From IMG/VR virus record IMGVR_UViG_3300030098_006079: a stretch of 64,000 nt of DNA. The stretch is one strand, 5' to 3'. Source of the stretch: a virus. Its lineage: Duplodnaviria; Caudoviricetes. This document shows positions 11,067 to 20,204 of this stretch, one piece after another; the stretch's first letter is position 1; the number at the start of each line of letters is the position of its first letter. A program made the position numbers and the translations under genes. The notes beneath the pieces are model-generated. The model was not told the origin of the DNA. It made no database searches and saw only the letters and a list, made by a program, of their open reading frames with translations.

Positions 11067-11884
11067 TGTCAACAATCTTTTTTCAGTCCTCTATGCCGAG
11101 GGCAGGTAGTACATTATTACAAAATGTACTTGCTCAAAATCCTGACATATATGCTACACCTACCTCAGGTGTATTAGAGTTAACATTCGCGGCTCGTCAT
11201 ATGTTTAACGAATCTAATGAGTTTAAAGCTCAAGACTCTAAAACTATGGAGGAAGGTCTTATTGGTTTCCTCAATGAAGGTATACATGGTTGGTATGATA
11301 ATATTACTGACAAACCATATGTAGTGGATAAGAGTAGAGGTTGGGGTATACATTATGACTTCTTAGATGCTTTCTTAGAATATGAACCTAAGATTATCTG
11401 TATGGTAAGAGATCTTAGACAGATTATTGCCTCTATGGAAAAGAAATTTAGAGAGAATCCTCTCGACCATGACCCTATAGTTAATTGGTCAGAAATGTCG
11501 GGCACAACTGTTGAGAAAAGAGCGGACGTATGGTTACAAACACAGCCTGTAGGCTTAGCATTAGAGCGTTTTGGTGAGATAATTAAACGCGGGTGGGATA
11601 AACATATGTTGTTTGTAAAGTTTGAGGACTTCACAAAGTATCCAGATGAAGAAATGGATAGGATATATGACTATCTAGAACTTGATTCTTATACTGGACA
11701 CGACTTCAATAAGGTAGAACAGACTACAAAAGAAGATGACACCATATACGGAATATACGGTGATCATAAAATTAATCCTGTAGTAAGCGAGTTACCACAG
11801 GATTATATCGACGTACTTGGTGTTAAAACTTGCGACCATATAAAAGATGTCGGTCAGTTTTATTTCAAGTATTTTAATTATTAA
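11066..11884 (+). CDS. Sulfotransferase family protein
   Basis: PAPS-binding SMPRAGSTLLQ, DKSRGW, CMVRDLRQIIASM, FVKFEDF. Confidence 0.85.
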   Translation: MSTIFFQSSMPRAGSTLLQNVLAQNPDIYATPTSGVLELTFAARHMFNESNEFKAQDSKTMEEGLIGFLNEGIHGWYDNITDKPYVVDKSRGWGIHYDFLDAFLEYEPKIICMVRDLRQIIASMEKKFRENPLDHDPIVNWSEMSGTTVEKRADVWLQTQPVGLALERFGEIIKRGWDKHMLFVKFEDFTKYPDEEMDRIYDYLELDSYTGHDFNKVEQTTKEDDTIYGIYGDHKINPVVSELPQDYIDVLGVKTCDHIKDVGQFYFKYFNY

Positions 11885-12165
11885 GCAGCGCTGTTAGACT
11901 GATAATAAGTCCTACCCTCTGTAATAGCGGTATTGAACTTACTCTTCTGAGCTGTTGTAGCAGTTCCAGTAAACCAATCTTTATCCATCATAAGTTCGAT
12001 GTGTCGATAGTTTCTGTCTGCATCATCAGCTTTCTCAGCTGTAGTTTGTCCTGCTACTGCTTCTGTATTATCTACGATATTATCAATAACTGTAACAGAA
12101 TCTAACGCGGCTGTTACTGCTGCCTGCGCTTCCGTCGAATTTGCTGTTGGATCACCTTCTGGCAT
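11881..12165 (-). CDS. Small fibre-associated phage protein
   Basis: AALDSV..RNYRHIELMMDKDWF pattern recalled from small marine phage proteins near fibre genes. Confidence 0.6.
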   Translation of the reverse strand: MPEGDPTANSTEAQAAVTAALDSVTVIDNIVDNTEAVAGQTTAEKADDADRNYRHIELMMDKDWFTGTATTAQKSKFNTAITEGRTYYQSNSAA

Positions 12166-12220
12166 GTAAGTATTTAATCAAAGTTGACTAAATTCCACAT
12201 AGGTATAAATAATTTTCGTT

Positions 12221-12466
12221 ATGGATCCGATACAAGCATTAGATATGTTAAATCAGGTTGTAAAAGGTATCAAGCTACCTTACAATGAACACGTCTTACT
12301 TGAAAGATCTGTAGATGTTCTTAAAGACGCACTACAAAGTGGTGGTGGTCAAGAACCTGCAGAGCTTCTAGACACAGATGAACCTGTTGTACTAGAAGAT
12401 GAAGCCCCTAAAGCAACGAAGGCGAAGGCTAAAACCCCTCGTCGTGGCGGAAGGAGGAAGAAGTAG
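12221..12466 (+). CDS. Hypothetical protein (paralog of 12468-12701)
   Basis: TATAAATA late promoter at 12204; shares QA..Y.EHV.LE. Confidence 0.7.
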   Translation: MDPIQALDMLNQVVKGIKLPYNEHVLLERSVDVLKDALQSGGGQEPAELLDTDEPVVLEDEAPKATKAKAKTPRRGGRRKK

Positions 12467-12467
12467 T

Positions 12468-12701
12468 ATGGCGAACATTAGTCAAGGTACCAAAGCACCC
12501 GCTGAAGCCCAAGCACAACCTCAGCAAGAAGGTGGGCAAGAGATTAATCTAGATGAGCTCAGTACTGAGCAAGCATTTGGGTTTATTACAAGCGCTGTAA
12601 GATCACAGCCGTTCACATATATGGAGCATGTTCAATTAGAGCAAGCTAGAGCGGCAGTAGGAACAGCAATTGGACTCACTCAACCCGCTGGACAAGTTTA
12701 A
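12468..12701 (+). CDS. Hypothetical protein (paralog of 12221-12466)
   Basis: ATG directly after upstream stop (MANISQG...). Confidence 0.65.
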   Translation: MANISQGTKAPAEAQAQPQQEGGQEINLDELSTEQAFGFITSAVRSQPFTYMEHVQLEQARAAVGTAIGLTQPAGQV

Positions 12702-12724
12702 CATAGATTAAACATAATAAATCA

Positions 12725-12749
12725 AAGGCTCCGAAAGGAGTCTTTTTTT
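12725..12749. terminator. Rho-independent terminator between convergent genes
   Basis: aaggctcc-GAAA-ggagtctt followed by T tract. Confidence 0.8.
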
Positions 12750-13737
12750 ATGCTTCTTGATAAATTTCACTCGCTTCAAACTCAGTCATAAATGTTTTGA
12801 TATCGAGTCTAGACTTATCCATATTTTTAAGATATAGATGAGTCTCTTTTATTAGCTCAATATCATTTATTTTTTTATTAGCAGTCTCTAGCGAGTTATA
12901 ATAGAAGGGATAATCTTCCCCTAGGTATTGTACTACAGCTGGGTGACAATTAACTAGAAGTGGAATGTTTCTTGATATACAATCAGTAACACCATTATTA
13001 GCGCTTGTGTCTATTAGATATAAGAAACCAATTGTGTCAGTCATAAACTTATCAAACTCTTTATTCTCTAAATGCTTATGTACTATAACATTACCTTTAA
13101 TTTGTTCACCAGTATACTCTTGCTTACGCTTAAACTCTTTCATTTGCTCATCATATATTTGATGTGCATAAGGTAATCTGCCTAACAAAACATTCTTAGG
13201 CATTTGAGTATCTAACAGCCAATACTTTTCAAAGTCTCTCAACCAGTAACCTAAACAAGTAACTTGAGGTTTCGCTAAGAACGCATTCAAATTAAATTCA
13301 TCTACATCTAATGGTGTTGGGTGTAGTAAATTTTCTACTAAAATATGATCAAATCCGTATTGTGTAAAAATGTATCTTATATGATCTTCTAAATCATCTG
13401 ATAAGGTGAATATACCTTTACAGTTTCGCATAGCTAATACAAACGGTAACCGGGCACACATATTAATAGGTGTTTGTTTGATGTCAAACGGTTTTGGTAT
13501 AATCATTGGATTGTGAATAAAACCAATCCAATCTTTTTTATGGTGAGGGAGTACTTGAGGCTTGTCGTTGTTAAAGCAATAGTCCCAATCAAACGTTCTT
13601 TCTATAAATTCATCTATTAGTATATCTGCGTTATCATTATGGTATCGTTTTACCATACACGCATTGACCCAATTCCAGCCCGCTCGATGTATTTCTTCTT
13701 TAAATGTTTTTTTCCTTAGAAAGTTAAATTGCTTCAC
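12748..13737 (-). CDS. Putative glycosyltransferase-like protein
   Basis: HRAGWNWV, WIGFIHNP, SANNGVTDCISRNIPLLVNCHPAVVQYLGEDYPFYY resembles GT-B C-terminal region. Confidence 0.5.
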   Translation of the reverse strand: MKQFNFLRKKTFKEEIHRAGWNWVNACMVKRYHNDNADILIDEFIERTFDWDYCFNNDKPQVLPHHKKDWIGFIHNPMIIPKPFDIKQTPINMCARLPFVLAMRNCKGIFTLSDDLEDHIRYIFTQYGFDHILVENLLHPTPLDVDEFNLNAFLAKPQVTCLGYWLRDFEKYWLLDTQMPKNVLLGRLPYAHQIYDEQMKEFKRKQEYTGEQIKGNVIVHKHLENKEFDKFMTDTIGFLYLIDTSANNGVTDCISRNIPLLVNCHPAVVQYLGEDYPFYYNSLETANKKINDIELIKETHLYLKNMDKSRLDIKTFMTEFEASEIYQEA

Positions 13738-14126
13738 AATAACTCTTTATCGCGTCTTACACAATAATATGTATCTTTTTTTGTTTTATTAACAAGTGAA
13801 CAATTATAATATAAACGCTCGATTTTCTTCCACACTGCAGTACTATTTTCGTTGAGTAGATGAGAAGATCTAAATTCAGTAGCGCCAAGATCTAAACATT
13901 TTGATATTGTAGCAGTATAAAATTGGAAGCCAAGATTTAATCCATGCAGCGCTGCATGTACATCAGAGTTAGTAACTGTAAATATTCTCCGACCATCTAT
14001 TTTTTCAATATCTCCTTTTAGCTCTCCTTGTTCTTTTCCGCCTATTATTTCTATCAATTTTGATTCAAATGTCTGGTCATGTAGTTCGACATAAACTTCA
14101 AACTTAATTGTGGCTTGAATTATCAT
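13734..14126 (-). CDS. Hypothetical protein, GNAT-like
   Basis: HGLNLGFQFY..SSHLLNENSTAVWKKI resembles GNAT motifs A/B. Confidence 0.4.
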   Translation of the reverse strand: MIIQATIKFEVYVELHDQTFESKLIEIIGGKEQGELKGDIEKIDGRRIFTVTNSDVHAALHGLNLGFQFYTATISKCLDLGATEFRSSHLLNENSTAVWKKIERLYYNCSLVNKTKKDTYYCVRRDKELL

Positions 14127-14148
14127 CGGCTGATACTAAAATTATTTA

Positions 14149-14379
14149 ATGATTCATTCCGACATACTCAACTCTTTATCTGACGAAGAAAAGGCTATGC
14201 TATTAGCTTGTGTCAATCACCATACAGGCAAAGAGTATGATTATCCAGACTTGCAATATTTTAGGAGAAATGTTTTTAAAGAAATCCTGCAAAGCTATTA
14301 CAAGATTATAAACGAGAAGTTTAAACCAGAATATAAAAAAATGGTTGATAATATTAACACAGCATTTAAATCATTATAA
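14149..14379 (+). CDS. Hypothetical protein
   Basis: 76-aa ORF, coupled to next gene. Confidence 0.6.
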   Translation: MIHSDILNSLSDEEKAMLLACVNHHTGKEYDYPDLQYFRRNVFKEILQSYYKIINEKFKPEYKKMVDNINTAFKSL

Positions 14380-14894
14380 TGGCTTTTAGATTATTTGTTC
14401 TATTGGTATTATTGTTGTGTGGGTGTCAATCTAGTGATATTAATCAAGGTAAGGTTATACATCATGATGATTATAAACATTATTATGTTGTAAAAGAAGA
14501 AGGCCCAGATAAGGATATAGGTGAAAAGGTTGATACTGTTGCAGATAAAATAAAGAAGGTATTTAAAAAAGATCCTCCTGTTAAGTCAGCTACACCTACT
14601 AAGCCTAAAACAATTACCACAAATAAACCTAAAGCTGTTAAACCTATACAATTACCGAAAAGAAGAGTTAGAGAAGTTCAAGAAGTAACTAAACTACCTA
14701 TTATTGTAGATGATACCAAACTTATGCCTATGACAGAAGAGCAAGTTGAGATAGTTGATCTAAAGAATAATTTTGTTACTTCTGTTGCATATATTCAAGC
14801 AATTTTTATATTAGGGTTAGCTGGTTTTATATTTTATATCTATCATAAGAATAAAAAGAAGAAAATAGTTTCCGACAAAGTGTTGAAATTATAA
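14379..14894 (+). CDS. Lipoprotein-like membrane protein
   Basis: Lipobox LLLCGC; K/P/T-rich linker; C-terminal TM helix. Confidence 0.65.
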   Translation: MAFRLFVLLVLLLCGCQSSDINQGKVIHHDDYKHYYVVKEEGPDKDIGEKVDTVADKIKKVFKKDPPVKSATPTKPKTITTNKPKAVKPIQLPKRRVREVQEVTKLPIIVDDTKLMPMTEEQVEIVDLKNNFVTSVAYIQAIFILGLAGFIFYIYHKNKKKKIVSDKVLKL

Positions 14895-14920
14895 CCTAAC
14901 TTTATCAATAAGAATATTAT

Positions 14921-15079
14921 ATGACCTACCTTGATCTTTTAGAGAAACTTCAAGCCTTAGACGAAGACCAGCTAGAACAAGACGTTGAAGTAGTTGGCGA
15001 CTGTATTAGAGATGAATATTACGACATCGATGTCCGGTTAGATGATGATGGATACACTGTCCAGATAAGCCTCACCTAA
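14921..15079 (+). CDS. Small acidic hypothetical protein (52 aa, below ORF-track cutoff)
   Basis: MTYLDLLEKLQALDEDQLEQDVEVVGDC... fills the intergenic gap. Confidence 0.55.
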   Translation: MTYLDLLEKLQALDEDQLEQDVEVVGDCIRDEYYDIDVRLDDDGYTVQISLT

Positions 15080-15117
15080 GTTCTTGCATACCTCTGCAGA
15101 TAAATTATTATATGCGT

Positions 15118-15345
15118 ATGAATGAATTCGAGTCCCTTGATGATATGTTAAATTATGTTTCTGATAATGCAGACACAATTCTTAAAAATGTTGATTACGA
15201 CTCAGATGATCCAGAAGGTATGAAAAAAGCACTAGAAATAAAAGCAATGCAAGAATTGCTAGATGAAATGGTTGCCGAAGGTTTGCTTAAAATCGTTGGT
15301 AAGAATGAGAATGGTGATGATCTGTATCAATGCGCTGACGAATAA
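15118..15345 (+). CDS. Hypothetical early protein
   Basis: TTGCAT-16-TATTAT promoter ends 6 nt before this ATG. Confidence 0.6.
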   Translation: MNEFESLDDMLNYVSDNADTILKNVDYDSDDPEGMKKALEIKAMQELLDEMVAEGLLKIVGKNENGDDLYQCADE

Positions 15346-15581
15346 TGTACGTTGAATCTATTCTAATAAAAGATAAAGAACAACTCATCCCATTTGTAAA
15401 TCTAATAAATGAAATTTGCGCGACGGGGCTAATAGAAGATGAATACGTTAGTGATTGGATAACTACTCATCACAACTTCTTAAATAAAACCCCTTTGGAA
15501 GAGTTTAATGATAATGGTATGGATAGAGTTTTAGATTTATTATCCCTAATTCATCTCGATGAAGCAGATGTAATTGATTAA
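15345..15581 (+). CDS. Hypothetical protein
   Basis: Coupled ORF; WITTHHNFLNKTPLE resembles antitoxin Xre/MbcA C-terminal motif. Confidence 0.55.
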   Translation: MYVESILIKDKEQLIPFVNLINEICATGLIEDEYVSDWITTHHNFLNKTPLEEFNDNGMDRVLDLLSLIHLDEADVID

Positions 15582-15582
15582 T

Positions 15583-16008
15583 ATGGAAGTAGAAACGTTA
15601 AATAAAACATGGTTCGTAGATGTAGATGGAACAATCCTACATCATCACACAAATGATAGCTTGGATAAACTTATCGAGGAGTATGGAGAAGATAGTTTTA
15701 AATATGAACAGCCTATTGTTAGTGCTGTAGAGTTTTTTCAAGATCTACCGGAAACAGATATCATTGTTATTGCAACTGCTCGCGAAAAGAGACACACCGA
15801 TCATACATTAAATGTATTAGAATATATTGGTATGCCTTTTGATCAATGGATATTCGAGTTAGGTGCTGGTCCTAGAGTTGTGGTAAACGACATCAAACCA
15901 CCGGGCGCGGCTGGCAATAAAAGAGCTCTCAAGACAGCTTACGGAATTAATCTAGATCGAGATGGAGGAATTACATCAAAGCATCGTGCGATTGCAGCAA
16001 AAATTTAA
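15583..16008 (+). CDS. HAD-superfamily phosphatase-like protein
   Basis: FVDVDGTI motif I, IATAR motif II. Confidence 0.75.
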   Translation: MEVETLNKTWFVDVDGTILHHHTNDSLDKLIEEYGEDSFKYEQPIVSAVEFFQDLPETDIIVIATAREKRHTDHTLNVLEYIGMPFDQWIFELGAGPRVVVNDIKPPGAAGNKRALKTAYGINLDRDGGITSKHRAIAAKI

Positions 16009-16009
16009 A

Positions 16010-17191
16010 ATGGTAACAAAAATAGGAACCCCGTTTACGAAGACTTCTACTTTAGTAATGCTATGTGGAAGTGGAGAGTTAGGTAAAGAAGTTGTAATTG
16101 AATTGCAGCGTTTAGGTGCTGAAGTAGTTGCAGTAGACTCATATGAGAACGCTCCAGCGCATCAAGTAGCAGATCATTCGGCTGTTATTGATATGCTCGA
16201 CGAAAAACAATTGAGGGATGTCATCGTTAAATACAATCCTAATATTATTGTTCCAGAGATTGAAGCTATTGCTACAAATGTCCTGAAAGAAGCAGAAGAA
16301 TGTGATCGTACAGTCATACCAAATGCTAGAGCAGTTCAACTTACTATGAACCGAGAAGGTATTCGGTCTCTTGTAGCTGAAGAGCTAGGTTTAAAGACTT
16401 CTAATTATAAATTCGCTTCTACTAAAGAAGAGTTCACCGCAGCTGTTGAAGAAATCTCTTTACCTTGTGTAGTTAAGCCTATTATGTCTTCTAGCGGTAA
16501 AGGACAGAGTGTAATTAGATCGTTTGACGATGTACATACTGCCTGGGAATACGCTCAAACTGGAGGTCGAGCTGGAGCTGGTCGAGTTATTGTAGAAGAG
16601 TTTATTGAATTTGATTATGAAATTACTTTACTCACAGTAAAGCATAACGACGGTATCTCTTTTTGTGAACCTATCGGGCATGAGCAAGTAGATGGAGATT
16701 ATATTAAATCCTGGCAACCTCATCCAATGTCTGGTACCGCGAGACAAAAAGCTGAAGATATTGCTAGAAGCGTAGTAAGCAATCTTGGTGGGTATGGTGT
16801 GTTTGGAGTAGAGTTATTTGTAAAGGGTGATGAAGTTTATTTTTCTGAAGTATCTCCACGCCCACATGATACTGGTTTAGTGACTATGATCTCTCAAGAT
16901 CTATCAGAATTTGCTCTACATGCAAGAGCTATATTAGGTTTACCAATCCCTAATATTCTACAGCTAGGTTTTGGAGCATCTCATGTTATTAAGCTAGAAG
17001 GTAAGAGTGATAATGTAACATTCTCTGGCTTCGACGGTTTAAAAGAAACAGGTACTCAAGTGAGACTGTTTGGAAAACCTGGAGTAAATGGTTCGCGTCG
17101 TATGGGTGTTGCTTTAGCAATTGATAATGGTTTAGGATATGCAAAAGAAAAAGCCGAACGAGTCGCACTCAGCGTTAAGTCCGAATTGTAA
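16010..17191 (+). CDS. purT: Formate-dependent phosphoribosylglycinamide formyltransferase
   Basis: [55 protein letters not shown]. Confidence 0.97.
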   Translation: MVTKIGTPFTKTSTLVMLCGSGELGKEVVIELQRLGAEVVAVDSYENAPAHQVADHSAVIDMLDEKQLRDVIVKYNPNIIVPEIEAIATNVLKEAEECDRTVIPNARAVQLTMNREGIRSLVAEELGLKTSNYKFASTKEEFTAAVEEISLPCVVKPIMSSSGKGQSVIRSFDDVHTAWEYAQTGGRAGAGRVIVEEFIEFDYEITLLTVKHNDGISFCEPIGHEQVDGDYIKSWQPHPMSGTARQKAEDIARSVVSNLGGYGVFGVELFVKGDEVYFSEVSPRPHDTGLVTMISQDLSEFALHARAILGLPIPNILQLGFGASHVIKLEGKSDNVTFSGFDGLKETGTQVRLFGKPGVNGSRRMGVALAIDNGLGYAKEKAERVALSVKSEL

Positions 17192-17342
17192 GATTATAGC
17201 AATTACTTGGAAAGACGAGAGATGGTCTGCATCCCTAAAAGAGCTACAAGAAATAAACAAGCTGCTAAGAAAAAACGGCGAGCTAAAACGACCATCTCTC
17301 TTTCGTCGAATTATCAATATGATATCCTCCCTGAAGAAGTAG
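17139..17342 (+). CDS. Hypothetical basic protein
   Basis: Short ORF overlapping purT end; start uncertain. Confidence 0.4.
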   Translation: MQKKKPNESHSALSPNCKIIAITWKDERWSASLKELQEINKLLRKNGELKRPSLFRRIINMISSLKK

Positions 17343-17409
17343 ATGGTCAAGATTATTTCGTATGGTTTTGGTAGTTGCTATATTCTCTAGAATCCTTATT
17401 ATTTAAACA

Positions 17410-17853
17410 ATGACTTGGTACGCAAATTCAGAAGGCCGACACGGAGCAAATGGTCGTAAAGGAGATCAAGGTGAAAAACTAGTAGAAGAATATTTTCTGC
17501 ATAATAGTATAACTTATGAACATAAAACTGATATTGAAAGTCAAGTCCATAAAAAGATTGACTTTAGTGTTGGAGATAGAACCATTGATGTAAAGAACAA
17601 TGTTTATAAAGGTTGGCATTGTGTCGAAGTAGGTAAGAAAAATGGATCTCCAGGTTGGTTATTTACATCGAGTGCTGATAGTATTTACGCAGTAGATTAT
17701 GAGAACAAAAACATCTACTCATATGATCTACTTGAGATGCGTAATCATATTAACGTAATTCGATGGGAGAAGAAGTCAGCTAAAATTACGAAGAATGGAG
17801 ATCAAGTTATTTGGGTTAGCGTAAATGAACCTTTCTTTACTAAGCTACAATAG
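17410..17853 (+). CDS. PD-(D/E)XK nuclease-like protein
   Basis: GDQGEKLV..IDF..IDVK; TTGCTA-16-TATTAT promoter 7 nt upstream. Confidence 0.55.
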   Translation: MTWYANSEGRHGANGRKGDQGEKLVEEYFLHNSITYEHKTDIESQVHKKIDFSVGDRTIDVKNNVYKGWHCVEVGKKNGSPGWLFTSSADSIYAVDYENKNIYSYDLLEMRNHINVIRWEKKSAKITKNGDQVIWVSVNEPFFTKLQ

Positions 17854-17854
17854 A

Positions 17855-17941
17855 GCCAGTGTGGTGAAATTGGCAAACACAACAGACTTAAAATCTGTCG
17901 CCCTTTTGGGCTTGTCGGTTCGAGTCCGACCACTGGTACCA
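17855..17941 (+). tRNA. trnL: tRNA-Leu(TAA)
   Basis: GCCAGTG/CACTGGT acceptor stem, acaga-CTTAAAA-tctgt anticodon arm, long variable arm, GTTCGA, encoded CCA. Confidence 0.97.
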
Positions 17942-17945
17942 TTTT

Positions 17946-18035
17946 ATGACAAAGAAACAATTAGTAGGAGTTTGGATATTAATACTATTAATAGTGATAC
18001 TTAATTGCGTACTAGCAGCAAAGTATTTAGTATAA
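17946..18035 (+). CDS. Single-TM peptide (29 aa)
   Basis: MTKKQLVGVWILILLIVILNCVLAAKYLV fills the gap. Confidence 0.35.
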   Translation: MTKKQLVGVWILILLIVILNCVLAAKYLV

Positions 18036-18044
18036 CAAATAATT

Positions 18045-18989
18045 ATGGAACTAGTAACAATATGGATGGCGATAGGCTTCTTTCTAGCAGCTTATTCGGT
18101 AATAGCAAACGATTCAGTACAAACACTCGGAACTTGGATAGCATCTAATAACGAGAAGTTTAAATGGACTACAATGTGGGCTGGAGCCTCTATTGTCCTT
18201 CTATTCACTCTGTGGTATGGTTGGGCAGTTAATGGAGGAGATATCTCATATGGTAGGTTAACTAAGATACCTTTTGTAGATATACAATGGTATCATGCAT
18301 TAGCACCAGCAATACTAGTATTACTTACTCGTATAGGTGTGCCTGTTAGTACTTCATTTTTAGTATTATCGGCATTCGCTTCTACGGTTGTATTAGAGAA
18401 GATGCTTTTAAAATCTATTGCTGGTTATGCAGTAGCTGCAGTAGCTGCTTATTCTATTTGGCTTGTGTTGTCTAAGCTTCTTGATGAGAGTAAAGATGTT
18501 AACATTAAACATGAAACATTTTGGAGAGTAGCTCAATGGGCTACAACTGGCTTTTTATGGTTTACTTGGCTGTCTCATGATATGGCTAACATTGCAGTAT
18601 TTCTACCTAGAGAAGTACCCGCTGATCTAATGATCCTTATTTCCATTATCTTTGTAGCAGGGTTAGCATTTATGTTCAAAGAGAAGGGTGGTAAGATTCA
18701 AGAGATTGTTCTTAACAAAAGCAGTACGAAGTTTATTAGGTCAGCTTGTATTATTGATACAGTTTATTGGATCATATTATTCATCTTTAAAGAAATTAAT
18801 AATATACCGATGAGTACTACATGGGTGTTTGTTGGTTTGTTGACTGGAAGAGAGTTAGCGATTGCAGCTGCATCTAAAAAGAGAAAAGCAAAACAAGTCT
18901 TTCCTCTTGTAGCAAAAGACTTCGGTAGAATGATGATTGGTTTATGCGCATCCGTAGTTGTAGTTATTGTTGTGCATCATTTGAAATAA
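18045..18989 (+). CDS. PiT/PHO4-like inorganic phosphate transporter homolog
   Basis: Multi-TM; ANDS, GVPVSTS, HDMAN, IPMSTT match the two PiT signature repeats. Confidence 0.7.
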   Translation: MELVTIWMAIGFFLAAYSVIANDSVQTLGTWIASNNEKFKWTTMWAGASIVLLFTLWYGWAVNGGDISYGRLTKIPFVDIQWYHALAPAILVLLTRIGVPVSTSFLVLSAFASTVVLEKMLLKSIAGYAVAAVAAYSIWLVLSKLLDESKDVNIKHETFWRVAQWATTGFLWFTWLSHDMANIAVFLPREVPADLMILISIIFVAGLAFMFKEKGGKIQEIVLNKSSTKFIRSACIIDTVYWIILFIFKEINNIPMSTTWVFVGLLTGRELAIAAASKKRKAKQVFPLVAKDFGRMMIGLCASVVVVIVVHHLK

Positions 18990-19014
18990 AAGACAACGTA
19001 CATAATTAATTAAA

Positions 19015-19386
19015 ATGAAAGTAAGACATAAGAGATATGGAGCTGTAACAAATAAAAATTGGGGTAATGTTATTAAGATTGTTGATAATGAAGAAAATAA
19101 TTACAGCGGTAGAATTATAAATTTGAATCAAAATCAAATGACCTCTACTCATTTTCATTCTAAGAAACATAAAACAATATATGTCTTGCAAGGTACTCTT
19201 ACAATTGAAATTATTGAACCTACAAACGGAGAAACTATTTCATTTGATGTAGACTCGGAAGAGTGTTTTGATATTGAACAAAATGTTGCGCATCGTTTAA
19301 TGGCTAAAGATGGTGGAGTTACCGCCATTGAAATTAGTACTTTTCATCATGATGAAGATGTATACAGAGTATCTCCTGCACTGTAA
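19015..19386 (+). CDS. Cupin (mannose-6-P isomerase-like)
   Basis: KNWG..STHFHSKKHKTIYVLQG..HRL..EIST. Confidence 0.8.
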   Translation: MKVRHKRYGAVTNKNWGNVIKIVDNEENNYSGRIINLNQNQMTSTHFHSKKHKTIYVLQGTLTIEIIEPTNGETISFDVDSEECFDIEQNVAHRLMAKDGGVTAIEISTFHHDEDVYRVSPAL

Positions 19387-19391
19387 TACAG

Positions 19392-19467
19392 GCCAGTTTA
19401 GCTCAGTTGGTAGAGCACTCGATTTGTAATCGAACGGTCGTCAGTTCGAATCTGACAACTGGCTCCA
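19392..19467 (+). tRNA. trnT: tRNA-Thr(TGT)
   Basis: 76-nt cloverleaf GCCAGTT/AACTGGC, loop TTTGTAA, GTTCGAA, CCA; C27-A43 mismatch. Confidence 0.95.
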
Positions 19468-19486
19468 TTAAATAATTAAAATTAAT

Positions 19487-19801
19487 ATGGAAGTATTGTT
19501 ACCGTATTCTTTTGGTGTTGTGTTTGGTTGCTTCTTTATGTGGTCCTGGTTTAAGTGTCGAAAAAAACCAGCCATACCAAACCTCACCCATGTTGGTCAC
19601 ACATCGAAATTAAAACAGTTATGGCTAATATGGTGCCGAACTGTTGATCATCGGATAGGTAAAACAGATGATGATGAGCCTCAAATACCTATCTTATCCC
19701 TAGAACAAGCTAACGTTAGTTTAATATTCCGCACGACTATTATCCTAATTAATGTTATAACTTGTATTTTTATTGTAGCTAATATAATACACAAATGGTA
19801 A
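19487..19801 (+). CDS. Two-TM membrane protein
   Basis: Hydrophobic N- and C-terminal helices. Confidence 0.6.
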   Translation: MEVLLPYSFGVVFGCFFMWSWFKCRKKPAIPNLTHVGHTSKLKQLWLIWCRTVDHRIGKTDDDEPQIPILSLEQANVSLIFRTTIILINVITCIFIVANIIHKW

Positions 19802-19807
19802 AAATTT

Positions 19808-19945
19808 ATGGCAAAGAAAACTAATCCTACTAAACTAAGATTAAATGAAAAGAAAAGAATGAATGGTCGCCATTCTAAAAATAAAACTAGCAACCAAAAG
19901 AGCTCTAAACTTTATGTAAAGAAATATAGAGGGCAAGGGCGTTAA
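19808..19945 (+). CDS. Small basic phage protein ending KKYRGQGR (45 aa)
   Basis: C-terminal YRGQG motif recalled from many marine phages. Confidence 0.7.
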   Translation: MAKKTNPTKLRLNEKKRMNGRHSKNKTSNQKSSKLYVKKYRGQGR

Positions 19946-19947
19946 TA

Positions 19948-20148
19948 ATGATAACCCGTCATAATCAAAAGCATATGAAAGTAAAACCAGTAGAAGAACT
20001 AAGACAATATGTAATCGAAAAGATGAGATCCGCAGACGATACATCTCTCGTTTGTAAAGCATATGAATCCTTATCCGGAAACATTGTAACAGATGAAGCT
20101 GAAGTCGAAGGAACTGGAGAGGATTGGGTTTATGTTTACGAGTCATAG
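19948..20148 (+). CDS. Hypothetical protein (paralog of 23259-23459)
   Basis: VEELRQYVIEKM / LEELKKHIIDRL similarity. Confidence 0.55.
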   Translation: MITRHNQKHMKVKPVEELRQYVIEKMRSADDTSLVCKAYESLSGNIVTDEAEVEGTGEDWVYVYES

Positions 20149-20160
20149 TCGAGTTTAGAC

Positions 20161-20204
20161 TTGACTAGCTCTCTGGCTACGCTATAATCTTGGTGTTGTC
20201 AGAG
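20161..20204 (+). promoter_or_regulatory. Sigma70-like early promoter with conserved 16-nt downstream element
   Basis: TTGACT-16-TATAAT-cttggtgttgtcagag-ATG. Confidence 0.8.

Noticed and set aside
15962-16009. Longer purT start given by the ORF track
   Set aside because: It overlaps the HAD gene. The homology-like sequence starts at MVTKIGTP (16010).
19418-19434. C27-A43 mismatch in tRNA-Thr as a sign of a pseudo-tRNA
   Set aside because: The other arms, T-loop and CCA are canonical, and mismatches at 27:43 occur in functional tRNAs.
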